In this document: in pieces, positions 54,879 to 64,000 of the stretch
Layout of the letters: every line of letters begins with the position of its first letter
Position numbering within the stretch: position 1 is the first letter of the stretch
Assembly: GCA_029934065.1 (NCBI GenBank)
Contig: JAOZMX010000001.1
Coordinates: 2,305-66,304, forward strand
Reading direction: 5' to 3'
Source: Bacteroidales bacterium
Lineage (GTDB): Bacteria; Bacteroidota; Bacteroidia; Bacteroidales; 4484-276
Length of the DNA stretch: 64,000 nt
The notes under the pieces: generated by a model
What the model saw: only the letters and a program-made list of their open reading frames with translations
Databases searched by the model: none
What the model was told of the DNA's origin: nothing
Program-made: the position numbers and the translations under genes

Positions 54879-57782
54879 ATGCTGACCAATAACTTTGTAA
54901 AGCGCCACATCGGCCCGGGAGAGAATGAGATTCCCGAAATGTTGAAAACGGTAGGAGTAGAATCCCTTGATCAACTCATTGACGAAACATTGCCCAAAGC
55001 CATCCGCCTGAAGGAACCGTTGGAGCTTCCCGACGGAATGAACGAGCAGGAATACCTGACACATCTTTGGGAGATCGCTTCGAAAAACAAAGTTTACAAG
55101 ACCTTTATCGGACTGGGCTATTACAATGCCATATTGCCCGGAGTGATCATGCGCAACATTCTTGAGAACCCGGGCTGGTACACTTCCTACACGCCCTATC
55201 AGGCCGAAATATCGCAGGGAAGGCTTGAGGCGTTACTCAATTTTCAGACGGTGATTGCCGATCTTACAGGGTTGCCGCTGGCCAATGCTTCGTTATTGGA
55301 CGAGGGTACTGCCGCTGCCGAGGCCATGATCATGGCATTCCATTCGCGCTCGCGGGCAGCCGTCAAAGCGGGAGCCAACAGGTTTTTTGTTGCCGGCGGT
55401 TTATTCCCTCAAACCGTTGAGGTAATCAAAACACGCGCTGTGCCGCTCGGCATCGAACTGGTTTTTGGAAGCCATGAAGATTTTGTGTTTACTGACAAGG
55501 TTTTTGGTGCGATTGTTCAGTATCCCGACGAAAAAGGTGCCATCTTCGATTATTCCGGTTTTGTGGAAAGAGCACATTCGGCGGGAGCTGTTGTTGCCGT
55601 TGCCGCCGATCTGATGAGCCTGGCGCTGCTGACGCCTCCGGGCGAGTGGGGCGCCGATATTGCTGTGGGCAGCAGTCAACGGTTCGGAATACCCATGGGA
55701 TACGGCGGGCCACATGCAGCCTATTTTGCCACCACCGAAAATTTTAAACGGAACATCCCGGGCAGGATCATCGGCATTTCGAAAGATGCCAACGGTGATG
55801 TGGCTTTGCGTATGGCGCTTCAAACCCGCGAGCAACACATCAAACGCGAGCGTGCCACGAGCAATATCTGCACGGCACAGGCTCTGCTTGCCATCATGGC
55901 AGGAATGTATGCCGTTTATCACGGCCCCGAAGGAATTCGTGAGATCGCCGCCGATATCCACAACACTGCCGTGGCACTTGAGGAAGGATTGACACAACTT
56001 GGAGTGAAGCAGCAAAACCGTCATTTTTTCGATACTTTACTCATCGAAATACCTGAAGGTTCCGGCATCGAAAAACTTCGCCGTATTGCACTCGACAATC
56101 AGGTTAATTTTAGATATATTGATGATGCGCATGTCGGCATCAGTACCGATGAAACCACCTCGACGGCAGATGTGGAACTGATCCTGAAGATTTTTTCGGA
56201 GTTTCTGGACAAAGACGGTGTGGCAATAAATTTCGATGATTCGCGGAATGCTTTGCCAGGGCAATTGAAACGGAAAACGCCCTATCTGCAGGATACCGTT
56301 TTCAACAGCTATCACTCCGAAACCGAGATGATGCGTTATCTGAAAAAACTGGAGCATCGCGATCTGGCACTCGATCGTTCGATGATCCCGCTGGGGTCGT
56401 GTACCATGAAACTCAATGCGGCAACAGAGCTTTTCCCGCTTTCGTGGCCCGAATTTACCGCATTGCATCCCTTCATTCCGGAAGACCAGGCCGAAGGTTA
56501 CCGTATTTTGATTGAAAATTTTGAAAAAGATCTGTGTGAGATCACCGGGTTTTCCGCCATATCCTTCCAGCCCAATTCTGGAGCAGCAGGCGAATATACC
56601 GGGTTGATGGTCATTCGCGAATACCTGCGCAGCATCGGTCAGGGTCATCGCAACATTTGCCTGATCCCCTCTTCGGCACACGGTACCAACCCCGCCAGCT
56701 CGGTGATGGCGGGCATGAAAGTGGTGGTTGTGAAATCGGACGAAAACGGAAATGTTGACCTTGATGATTTGAAAATAAAAGTTGAGACGCATGGCGAAAA
56801 CCTTGCGGCCTTGATGATCACCTATCCGTCGACGCACGGTGTGTTTGAGCAGGATATTCTGGAAATCGTCAGAATGATACACGACCACGGCGGGCAGGTT
56901 TATATGGACGGTGCCAACATGAATGCCCAGGTGGGATTGACCAATCCGGGATTTATCGGTGCCGATGTGTGTCATCTGAATTTGCACAAGACCTTTGCCA
57001 TCCCGCATGGCGGCGGTGGCCCCGGTGTAGGCCCCATAGGGGTTGCCAAGCATCTTGCACCCTTCCTTCCTGGAAATTGTTTTGTGAAAACAGGCGGCGA
57101 GAAAGCCATCACCGCTGTGGCTTCGGCACCATACGGCAGCGCGATGATCCTTCCGTTATCTTACGGTTACATCAAATTGCTGGGCGGTGAGGGACTGACC
57201 CGTGCGACACAAATGGCGATCCTCAATGCCAATTACCTGAAAAATGCACTGGAAAAGCATTATAAAATTCTTTATGCCGGTAAGAACGGTCGTGTTGCCC
57301 ATGAGATGATCGTGGATTGCAATGAGTTTGGCAAAACGGCAGGTATCAATGCCATTGATATTGCCAAACGCTTGATGGATTACGGCTTCCATGCCCCAAC
57401 GGTGGCTTTTCCCGTTCACGGTACACTGATGGTGGAGCCCACCGAAAGCGAACCCTTGTCGGAGCTGAATCGTTTTGTGGATGCCATGGCAGAGATCAGG
57501 CGGGAGATTACTGAAATTGAACAGGAAAAAGCTGACAAGGAAAACAATGTCCTGAAAAATTCACCCCATACCGTTGCCATGGTCACGAGGGACGAATGGG
57601 ACAAACCTTATTCGCGGCAAAAAGCAGCTTATCCTGTTGCATGCACCAAAGCCGACAAATACTGGCCGCCGGTGACGCGTATTGACGATGCTTACGGCGA
57701 CAGGAACCTTTTTTGCACTTGCGGCGGATTCGATACGGTGGAAGAACAAATCGTTAAAGTCGCCAATATTAAGGGGCAATAA
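54879..57782 (+). CDS. gcvP: glycine dehydrogenase (aminomethyl-transferring), single-chain P protein
   Basis: 967 aa with SYTPYQAEISQGRLEALLNFQT and the PLP-Lys context NLHKTFAIPHGGGGPG. Confidence 0.97.
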   Translation: MLTNNFVKRHIGPGENEIPEMLKTVGVESLDQLIDETLPKAIRLKEPLELPDGMNEQEYLTHLWEIASKNKVYKTFIGLGYYNAILPGVIMRNILENPGWYTSYTPYQAEISQGRLEALLNFQTVIADLTGLPLANASLLDEGTAAAEAMIMAFHSRSRAAVKAGANRFFVAGGLFPQTVEVIKTRAVPLGIELVFGSHEDFVFTDKVFGAIVQYPDEKGAIFDYSGFVERAHSAGAVVAVAADLMSLALLTPPGEWGADIAVGSSQRFGIPMGYGGPHAAYFATTENFKRNIPGRIIGISKDANGDVALRMALQTREQHIKRERATSNICTAQALLAIMAGMYAVYHGPEGIREIAADIHNTAVALEEGLTQLGVKQQNRHFFDTLLIEIPEGSGIEKLRRIALDNQVNFRYIDDAHVGISTDETTSTADVELILKIFSEFLDKDGVAINFDDSRNALPGQLKRKTPYLQDTVFNSYHSETEMMRYLKKLEHRDLALDRSMIPLGSCTMKLNAATELFPLSWPEFTALHPFIPEDQAEGYRILIENFEKDLCEITGFSAISFQPNSGAAGEYTGLMVIREYLRSIGQGHRNICLIPSSAHGTNPASSVMAGMKVVVVKSDENGNVDLDDLKIKVETHGENLAALMITYPSTHGVFEQDILEIVRMIHDHGGQVYMDGANMNAQVGLTNPGFIGADVCHLNLHKTFAIPHGGGGPGVGPIGVAKHLAPFLPGNCFVKTGGEKAITAVASAPYGSAMILPLSYGYIKLLGGEGLTRATQMAILNANYLKNALEKHYKILYAGKNGRVAHEMIVDCNEFGKTAGINAIDIAKRLMDYGFHAPTVAFPVHGTLMVEPTESEPLSELNRFVDAMAEIRREITEIEQEKADKENNVLKNSPHTVAMVTRDEWDKPYSRQKAAYPVACTKADKYWPPVTRIDDAYGDRNLFCTCGGFDTVEEQIVKVANIKGQ

Positions 57783-57851
57783 TAACGGGAGAAACCTGCA
57801 TTACAACCATTAACTTTACATCTGATTGAAGAATTATAAGCAGATGAAAAT

Positions 57852-58169
57852 TTATTTCACCTGTTCAACCACGTAATCGTCAATTCGTTTGCTGTCCATG
57901 TCGAAGTTGATCCCGATCAGGGTTCTCGGACGTTTATCGGCAGCAAAGTTTTTATCGAGTGTGATGTCGTTCAAATTGTTCAAATCCGAAAAGATGGAAA
58001 CCTGACTGAATTTTGAAACCCCGGTGATGAAAAAGAACCGGATGTAGTTGTCGCTGTCTTTGATGACCGAATAGAAACTTTTTAATATTTTCCGGTTTTC
58101 TTCGGCTTTGGGGATATCGTCAATGTAATCAATGATGGGCTTGTCGTATTCATCAATCAGGATCACCAC
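57852..58169 (-). pseudogene. remnant of a predicted AAA-ATPase / PD-(D/E)XK (PDDEXK_9-type) gene
   Basis: Only ~105 codons remain. VILIDEYDKPI...FFFITGVSKFSQVSIFSDLNNLNDITLDKNFAA matches the middle of ~500-aa AAA-ATPase_like proteins. The N-terminal ATPase half is absent and the tail jumps to a C-terminal-like GINF segment. Confidence 0.6.
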
Positions 58170-58198
58170 TTTTTTCTTTTTGGATCGGTAACTATGGA

Positions 58199-60196
58199 TT
58201 ATTGCACCACGACCATCTTGCGTGTTGCGCTGTTGGTCTCCGTCTCAAGGCGGTAGTAATAAACGCCGGCTTTCAGTCCCGATGCGTTCAGCGTATGGTA
58301 ATGTGTTCCGGTCTGCTCTTTTGCATTGACCATTTCAAGCACTTTTTTCCCGGTCATGTCGAACAACGAGAGAACAACATGTGTATCCTCCGGCAATGAA
58401 TAGGAAATTGTCGTATTTCCTTTTGCGGGATTGGGTGCATTTTGATCCAGCGAAAAGGTATTCGTTCCGATATGTTCATCATCAATGCCTACCGTCAGAG
58501 AGGCTTCTTTCAAAACGATCTCATTGTCTTTGTCGAACAGCATTGAAGCCGGTTGCTTGTTGAAGCCGAACCAGAAGAACTGATTGTTCTCATCATTCAT
58601 CACCCTGATGGTGGTATCCGAACCGTCGGTAAAATAAATCCAAAGCTCGATGGGTATGGGGAAAAAGCCGGCATTGGTTTGTACCTGATTCACCAGAAAA
58701 TTCAGGTTCCATGTGCCGTTGCCCATGTCCGTGATGGAGTATTCGTTTTCGTAAACGGGATGATTGGGTTGTTTGATCCATGAATCGAAAAACCAGTCCA
58801 GCTCCATGCCGCTGCTTTCTTCCAGTTTGTTTTTAAAGTCTTCGGTAACGGCACTTTTATACCTGAAATTTACCGTGTCGGTGGCATAATCGTAGATGGC
58901 CTGAAAAAACAGATCATCGCCCATGGTATATCTTAAAAGGTGTACGGCACACGCACTTTTGCAGTATGTAATGGCGTAGTTGAACATGGTTCCCAGTCCG
59001 GGAAGGTTGTTGTTCCATTCGGGGTTGTAAATGGCCCATCCGGGATTGGCCGACAGGTAATAGGAAGCATCCAAATCAATGTCGTTTTTATAGGCTGAAT
59101 AACCGCCGTCGTACTCCATCCAAAAGGATTCGGTCCAGGTGGCAAATCCTTCGTTAAGCCACAGGTCGGCCCAGGTGCCCGGGCTGATGGCGTCGCCGAA
59201 CCACTGGTGTGCAAATTCATGGCTGATCAGCCCTTCGCCCCAGCAGCCGTGACACAGACTTGTCAGCGACTGGTTTTCCATCCCTCCCCAGGGAAATTCG
59301 CTGCCCAGCGATGTGAATCCGTCTTTTTCGAAAGGATGTTCACCGTAGTGCTCCGAGTACCAGTCGGCCATTTCGATGATTCTTGTTTCCATAAATGAGG
59401 GATTTTCGCCGTTGTTGTAATAAAAACGTATGGGCATGGGGTCTCCCGGCGTTGACGGGCGATCCCAGTAAACGATATCCAGGTTCCACTCTTTTTTGGC
59501 CGAAATGACCATCAGATAGGTGGCGATGGGGTCGCGGCTGTTCCAGTGAAACCAGGTGGTGTCGGCAACGGTGACCGAGTCGGCCAGCCTTCCGTTGGAA
59601 CCCAGCAATACACTGGCAGGTACCTTGGCCGTGAAATCCAGCCGGGCTTTATCCGACGGACTGTCGTAACAAGGAAACCATTTGCGGGCACCCTGCGGCT
59701 CGCAATCCGTGAAAACCCATCCTCCGCTGCAATAAAAGGCATTGTCTTCAACATTTTTGTGGTAGTATGTAATTTCAACATCCACGATGTCACCTGGATT
59801 ATACGTCTGGTCCAACTGGATTGTCAGGGTGTCCTGCTCGTGCGAGAACGAGGCTCCCGCCAGTCCGACATCATCAATTTCAAGGGAAGCATTATCAGCA
59901 TTGAGTTTAATCAAATTGAGCGCCGTATCAACCCTGAAGGTCACAATGTCGCTGGCTGTGAAATCCTGCGGATAGGGACTGTCGAAATTATTATACAGGT
60001 CGAGATTCAGTGTATAATTGAGCACATCGTATTTGTGCTTTGGAACATTGGGGCTTTTGGGCAAAACGAACCCGTATTTTGCAGATGATTTTTTGAGTGC
60101 ACATTGATAAGAACCTTTGTTTTGAATGCCGGTTTGTGCGAAGGAAGACAGTCCGAAAAGTACGGCCATCGTTAACAGAATTAATTGTTTTTTCAT
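58199..60196 (-). CDS. M1-family zinc metallopeptidase (aminopeptidase N-like) with T9SS type-A CTD
   Basis: 665 aa with a signal peptide, GGMEN, HEFAHQWFGD (HExxH) and WLNEGFATW. The C-terminus reads APNPAKGNTTISYSLPED...GVYYYRLET...RKMVVVQ. Confidence 0.9.
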   Translation of the reverse strand: MKKQLILLTMAVLFGLSSFAQTGIQNKGSYQCALKKSSAKYGFVLPKSPNVPKHKYDVLNYTLNLDLYNNFDSPYPQDFTASDIVTFRVDTALNLIKLNADNASLEIDDVGLAGASFSHEQDTLTIQLDQTYNPGDIVDVEITYYHKNVEDNAFYCSGGWVFTDCEPQGARKWFPCYDSPSDKARLDFTAKVPASVLLGSNGRLADSVTVADTTWFHWNSRDPIATYLMVISAKKEWNLDIVYWDRPSTPGDPMPIRFYYNNGENPSFMETRIIEMADWYSEHYGEHPFEKDGFTSLGSEFPWGGMENQSLTSLCHGCWGEGLISHEFAHQWFGDAISPGTWADLWLNEGFATWTESFWMEYDGGYSAYKNDIDLDASYYLSANPGWAIYNPEWNNNLPGLGTMFNYAITYCKSACAVHLLRYTMGDDLFFQAIYDYATDTVNFRYKSAVTEDFKNKLEESSGMELDWFFDSWIKQPNHPVYENEYSITDMGNGTWNLNFLVNQVQTNAGFFPIPIELWIYFTDGSDTTIRVMNDENNQFFWFGFNKQPASMLFDKDNEIVLKEASLTVGIDDEHIGTNTFSLDQNAPNPAKGNTTISYSLPEDTHVVLSLFDMTGKKVLEMVNAKEQTGTHYHTLNASGLKAGVYYYRLETETNSATRKMVVVQ

Positions 60197-60245
60197 TGTA
60201 GATTATTTTTAGTGTTAAATCCGATAGTTTAAATTTAAAAGATGA

Positions 60246-60253
60246 CAAAGGTA
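60246..60253 (-). promoter_or_regulatory. -7 box TAccTTTG upstream of the M1 peptidase
   Basis: The minus strand reads TACCTTTG, 50 nt upstream of the ATG at 60196. Confidence 0.5.
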
Positions 60254-60760
60254 ATCAAATTCAGGACAATCCCATGTGGACGAGCTGCTGCCAAACAGGA
60301 TTTTTTGCTTCCTTTTTTGATCTTTCAAAAAAGGAAGAGAATGAGGAAGATATGCATTCAGCGTTGTTGCTGACGCAAAAGGTTACCAGTTGTTCATCGC
60401 CAATGGTTCCTATTGTTACTTTCTTGTCTCGCCAAGAAAGTAACCAAAGAAGGCGACCCGAAACGAATGCCAACCCGCTCTGAAAAATTGCTTGAAATAA
60501 TGCAAAAGTAGTGTGCCGCAAACGGCACAAACGCAAGCGCCTTTTGTTTATTTCTACGCAATTTTTCATTCACGCTGTCGCAATCCCCACCGTTTCGGGT
60601 TTCCCACCCGCAAGAGGTATGAGATGATTTAGTGTTTTGCAGCACTGTCAAGAAAAACGCGAGAGTTTTAATGATAAAAAAATTAATTATCAGGTTGTTA
60701 TTTGCGGCATCAATGGCAAGTGGCAGGCGGAAATGAAAAAAGGATCACCGGGCGACTGGA

Positions 60761-61123
60761 TTACCGGTTGTCAATTTCGTCTTTCAGGCGGGTTATTTTT
60801 TCGATCACCTTTTCATAGATCTTTTCGTTGAGATCAAGATTCTCGTTGTAAAATTCCCGGCTCTTTTCGTATCTCTTTTTGTCAATGTGGTATTGGGCGA
60901 AAATCTTCTCGAATGCTAACGCAGCAAGAGAGTCGTTGTATTTTCCGGTCAGTTTCATGTCGTGCAGGGTAGCTTCGGCCAATTGCATATCCACGATGAT
61001 ATCCACCATCGAATCGAATTGAATGATCTCACGGGGAATATGTTTTTCGGCTTTGTCCTTTGGGGGGGCGCATGCATGAAGCATAAATATCGCAAAAAGC
61101 AAAAATGGGAAAGATTTGTACAT
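60761..61123 (-). CDS. small lipoprotein, DUF4296-like
   Basis: 120 aa with a lipobox (MLHAC) and a helical body (MVDIIVDMQLAEA...). The family call is from memory. Confidence 0.55.
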   Translation of the reverse strand: MYKSFPFLLFAIFMLHACAPPKDKAEKHIPREIIQFDSMVDIIVDMQLAEATLHDMKLTGKYNDSLAALAFEKIFAQYHIDKKRYEKSREFYNENLDLNEKIYEKVIEKITRLKDEIDNR

Positions 61124-61139
61124 CGGTGAAATGGATGTT

Positions 61140-63359
61140 TTAATTGCCTACCTCCGATAAAAATTTGATACGCATCAAACGGATCTCCTCCTCATTATAT
61201 TCTTCTTCCCCCAATTCTTCAAGTGCGTCTTGAATGGAATCCGATTCTGCTTCGCTGAAATAATCAAGGATTTCCTCCTGATGGTATTGGTCAACGTATT
61301 CGTGGATGTAGTAATTGATGTCCAGTTTGGTTCCCGAAGCCACGATGCGTTCTATTTCGGTCAGCAATTCGTCAACGGTCAATCCTTTGGTGTTGGCAAT
61401 ATCTTCGAGCGATAATTTTCTGTCGATGCTTTTGATCACATACACTTTCAGCCCCGACTTGTTGACCACCGATTTGACAACCATATCGTTGGGACGGATG
61501 ATCTCGTTTTCTTCCACATAATTATTGATCAGTTCGAGGAAGGGCTTGCCGTATTTTTTTGCTTTGCCCACGCCCACGCCCGTAATTTGCGTCAGCTCCT
61601 CCATCTTGATGGGATACTGAATGGCCATATCTTCGAGCGAAGGGTCCTGAAAAATTACGAACGGCGGCAGGTTTTCCTTTCTCGAAATATCCTTCCGCAG
61701 GTCTTTCAGCATGGCAAACAGGGTTTGGTCCGCCGAGCTGGTCTTGAAAGCACCGCCGGTAATGATGTCCTCGTCGGCAAGGCTGTCGTAGTCGTGGTCT
61801 TTGGCCAGCATGATCGAGTACGGATTTTTAAGGAACTCATGTCCCTTTTTGGTCACTTTCAACAATCCGTAGTTGTCGATGTCTTTGGTCAGCAGGTTTT
61901 GTATCAGCGCCTGACGGATGACGGCGTTCCAGAATTTCTCGTCGTGGTCGGCTCCCCGGCCGAAGGATTTAATGATGTGGTGCTTGTAAGATTTGAGTGT
62001 AGCCGTATTTTTTCCGACCAGAATATTTACAATGTGATTCAGTTTGAAAAGCTCTTTCACTTCGAGGATGGCCTCCAGGGCAATAATGATGTATTCTTTA
62101 CCTTCGAATTTTTCTTTGGGATGGAGGCAGTTGTCGCAGGCGCCGCAATTGTCTTTGGTGTATTCTTCGCCGAAGTAGTGCAGGAGCTGCCTGTGCCGGC
62201 AGATGGACGATTCGGCGTACGAGACCGTTTCGAGCAGCAGTTGCTGGGCAATTTCTTGCTCGGCCACCGGTTTGCCCTTCATGAATTTTTCCAGCTTTTG
62301 AATGTCGTCGTAGCTGTAGAACGTGATGCAGTTGCCCTCACCGTCATCGCGGCCGGCTCTTCCGGTTTCCTGGTAATAACCTTCAAGGCTCTTGGGCATG
62401 TCGTGGTGAATGACAAATCGGACGTCAGGTTTGTCAATGCCCATGCCGAAAGCAATGGTGGCCACAATCACATCCACCTTCTCCAGCAAAAAGTCATCCT
62501 GGTTTGTGCGACGCGTAACGGCATCCAGTCCTGCATGGTAGGGGAGCGCTTTGATGCCGTTCACCTGAAGTGTTTCGGCCAGCTCTTCCACTTTCTTTCT
62601 GCTCAAACAATAAACAATGCCCGATTTCCCGGGATGAAGTTTGATGTATTTAATAATGTCTTTAATAACATTCTTGGTCTTGGGCCTTACCTCGTAATAA
62701 AGATTAGGCCGGTCGAACGAAGATTTGAAAACCTTGGCGTCGAGGATGTTCAGGTTTTTTTGAATGTCGTGCTGAACTTTGGGTGTGGCTGTAGCCGTAA
62801 GGGCAATGACCGGAACATTTTGTCCGATGGATTCGATGATAGGGCGCAGCCGGCGGTATTCCGGCCTGAAATCGTGCCCCCACTCCGAAATGCAATGTGC
62901 CTCGTCAATGGCATAGAACGATATGTTGATCCCTTTCAGGAATTCAACGTTTTCTTCTTTGGTGAGCGATTCGGGAGCAACATACAGCATTTTGGTCGTC
63001 TCGCGGGTGAGGTCTTCCTTCACTTTGGTTATCTCCGCTTTCGACAATGAAGAATTCAGGAAATGTGCAATTCCCTGGTCTGTACCGAAGTTCCGCAAAG
63101 TATCCACCTGATTTTTCATCAGTGCAATTAACGGGGATATGATAATGGCAGTTCCTTTCTTGATCAATGCAGGAAGTTGATAACATAGCGATTTTCCGCC
63201 TCCCGTCGGCATGATCACAAATGTATTGTTGCCGCTTAACAGATTTCTGATGATGGCTTCCTGATTGCCTTTAAAGCTGTCAAAGCCAAAAAATTTCTTT
63301 AAAACTTCATGAAGCGGATAATCCTTTGTCCCCATCACTGTCGTATCCTGTTTAATCAT
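61140..63359 (-). CDS. recQ: ATP-dependent DNA helicase RecQ
   Basis: 739 aa with [13 protein letters not shown], Walker A (MPTGGGKS), DEAH ([18 protein letters not shown]), a Zn-binding Cys cluster (CRHRQLL...CGACDNC) and a C-terminal HRDC-like region. Confidence 0.95.
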   Translation of the reverse strand: MIKQDTTVMGTKDYPLHEVLKKFFGFDSFKGNQEAIIRNLLSGNNTFVIMPTGGGKSLCYQLPALIKKGTAIIISPLIALMKNQVDTLRNFGTDQGIAHFLNSSLSKAEITKVKEDLTRETTKMLYVAPESLTKEENVEFLKGINISFYAIDEAHCISEWGHDFRPEYRRLRPIIESIGQNVPVIALTATATPKVQHDIQKNLNILDAKVFKSSFDRPNLYYEVRPKTKNVIKDIIKYIKLHPGKSGIVYCLSRKKVEELAETLQVNGIKALPYHAGLDAVTRRTNQDDFLLEKVDVIVATIAFGMGIDKPDVRFVIHHDMPKSLEGYYQETGRAGRDDGEGNCITFYSYDDIQKLEKFMKGKPVAEQEIAQQLLLETVSYAESSICRHRQLLHYFGEEYTKDNCGACDNCLHPKEKFEGKEYIIIALEAILEVKELFKLNHIVNILVGKNTATLKSYKHHIIKSFGRGADHDEKFWNAVIRQALIQNLLTKDIDNYGLLKVTKKGHEFLKNPYSIMLAKDHDYDSLADEDIITGGAFKTSSADQTLFAMLKDLRKDISRKENLPPFVIFQDPSLEDMAIQYPIKMEELTQITGVGVGKAKKYGKPFLELINNYVEENEIIRPNDMVVKSVVNKSGLKVYVIKSIDRKLSLEDIANTKGLTVDELLTEIERIVASGTKLDINYYIHEYVDQYHQEEILDYFSEAESDSIQDALEELGEEEYNEEEIRLMRIKFLSEVGN

Positions 63360-63593
63360 AAACTTATCAATCTTAAAAAGACTTTCCTACTCAAATCTTC
63401 AAATTACAGCAGGTCGCAAACGAAAGTTAATTTATTTTATTATCAATGAATATTTAATTAAAATTACCTATCACAAATATAATAGTTTTTTTTTAATAAC
63501 ATCCAAAAAAAATTTTCCTTTTGTCAAAATACCTGTATGAACAATCTTTTCGTTAAATCACAATAAAAGTAGTTTTTTTTTCTGATATTCAAT

Positions 63594-63601
63594 TATTTTT
63601 G
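63594..63601 (+). promoter_or_regulatory. -7 box TAttTTTG upstream of kpsF
   Basis: TATTTTTG lies 39 nt upstream of the ATG at 63640. Confidence 0.4.
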
Positions 63602-63639
63602 TGGAAAAATAACACATTTCGGGATTTATTGAAAAAATA

Positions 63640-64000
63640 ATGAATACATCCGCAGACAAAATCAGGCAAACGGCACGCGAGACCATCGAGACCGAAGCAA
63701 ACGCCATTGCACGACTTATTAACTACCTTGACGATGAATTTGTTCAATCTATTGAATCCATTCTGCATTCCAAAGGAAGATTGATCGTTACGGGGATCGG
63801 CAAAAGTGCGGTGATCGGGTCGAAGATCGTGGCAACACTCAATTCTACCGGTACGCCGGCAATTTTTATGCATGCCGCCGATGCCATTCACGGCGACCTC
63901 GGGATCATTCAAAAAGACGATGTCATCCTGTGCATTTCCAATTCGGGAAATACTCCCGAGATCAAGGTGCTGATCCCATACATCAAACTTTCGGGCAATC
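63640..64000 (+). CDS. kpsF: KpsF/GutQ-family arabinose-5-phosphate isomerase (SIS domain), 5' partial, runs off the window
   Basis: Not in the ORF track because there is no stop inside the window. My translation is MNTSADKIRQTARETIETEANAI...GRLIVTGIGKSAVIGSKIVATLNSTGTPAIFMHAADAIHGDLG...ISNSGNTPE, a typical SIS N-terminus. Confidence 0.85.
   Translation, partial: MNTSADKIRQTARETIETEANAIARLINYLDDEFVQSIESILHSKGRLIVTGIGKSAVIGSKIVATLNSTGTPAIFMHAADAIHGDLGIIQKDDVILCISNSGNTPEIKVLIPYIKLSGN

Noticed and set aside
60380-60540. Local resemblance to riboswitch fragments. GGCGATG on the minus strand recalls the fluoride riboswitch, and GCCGCAAACGGCAC...ACGCAAGCGCC recalls c-di-GMP-I.
   Set aside because: The partner helices and conserved distal elements of those motifs are absent (the CGCC closing helix and CUGAUG...CCUAC for fluoride; the second hairpin and tetraloop receptor for GEMM). 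The matches are short strings only.
60261-60831. Track ORFs of 64-102 aa inside the 60254-60760 gap, on both strands.
   Set aside because: They overlap one another in different frames, have odd composition (Cys/Arg/Ser-rich or low-complexity), and have neither promoter-start geometry nor recognisable motifs. The region is treated as non-coding.
61587-63050. Very long antisense ORFs opposite real genes. Examples are 487 aa opposite recQ, 338 aa at 56037-57053 opposite gcvP, 288 aa at 53780-54646 opposite priA, 256 aa at 39556-40326 opposite pdxJ, 291 aa at 27678-28553 opposite wzc, and 247 aa at 23243-23986 opposite the LolE-like gene.
   Set aside because: Each lies entirely inside a gene with unmistakable conserved motifs on the other strand. 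Their translations are low-complexity (rich in F/V/G/H/R) with no recognisable motifs. This is typical shadow-frame behaviour of codon-biased genes.
63589-63912. A 107-aa minus-strand ORF at the right edge of the window.
   Set aside because: It is antisense to an obvious SIS-domain KpsF/GutQ N-terminus on the plus strand starting at 63640. That gene is missing from the ORF track only because it has no stop within the window.

Overview
This is a 64-kb chromosomal segment that looks like Bacteroidota. The evidence is four proteins with T9SS C-terminal sorting domains, many TAnnTTTG -7 promoter boxes 20-60 nt upstream of start codons, almost no Shine-Dalgarno sites, and DUF1573/DUF4296-type proteins. 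It is densely coding (about 48 genes) and mostly housekeeping: purA, a Fur-family regulator, RelA/SpoT, gap, topA, mnmA, dtd, pdxJ, priA, gcvP, recQ, rbfA and a partial kpsF at the 3' edge. Cell-envelope and secretion genes are interspersed: two tandem giant C25 (gingipain-like) peptidases, an M1 peptidase, a type-B T9SS adhesin-like protein, a Wza/Wzc pair, a LolE-like permease, and a thioester-less alpha-2-macroglobulin-like giant followed by a TonB-dependent receptor. I found no rRNA, tRNA, CRISPR array, IS element or prophage. The only clearly accessory pieces are a low-GC mazEF toxin-antitoxin islet and a remnant of an AAA-ATPase/PD-(D/E)XK gene. Six observations deserve a second look. 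(1) A canonical GAPDH is translationally coupled to a GAPDH-fold paralogue that has lost the catalytic Cys and the phosphate-site residues. (2) A ~500-bp ORF-free region (60254-60760) carries several perfect hairpins and an internal promoter-like box. (3) A DUF1573 gene has an in-frame TGA exactly at a conserved Cys. (4) The two C25 peptidases share a non-protease module that is more conserved than their catalytic domains. (5) The A2M-like gene is paired with a TonB-dependent receptor. (6) An orientation-specific promoter-plus-terminator pair suggests a small plus-strand RNA between dtd and the histidine kinase. All family assignments come from motifs I recognise by eye. No database search, HMM or RNA folding was run, so I cannot claim any of this is a new system.
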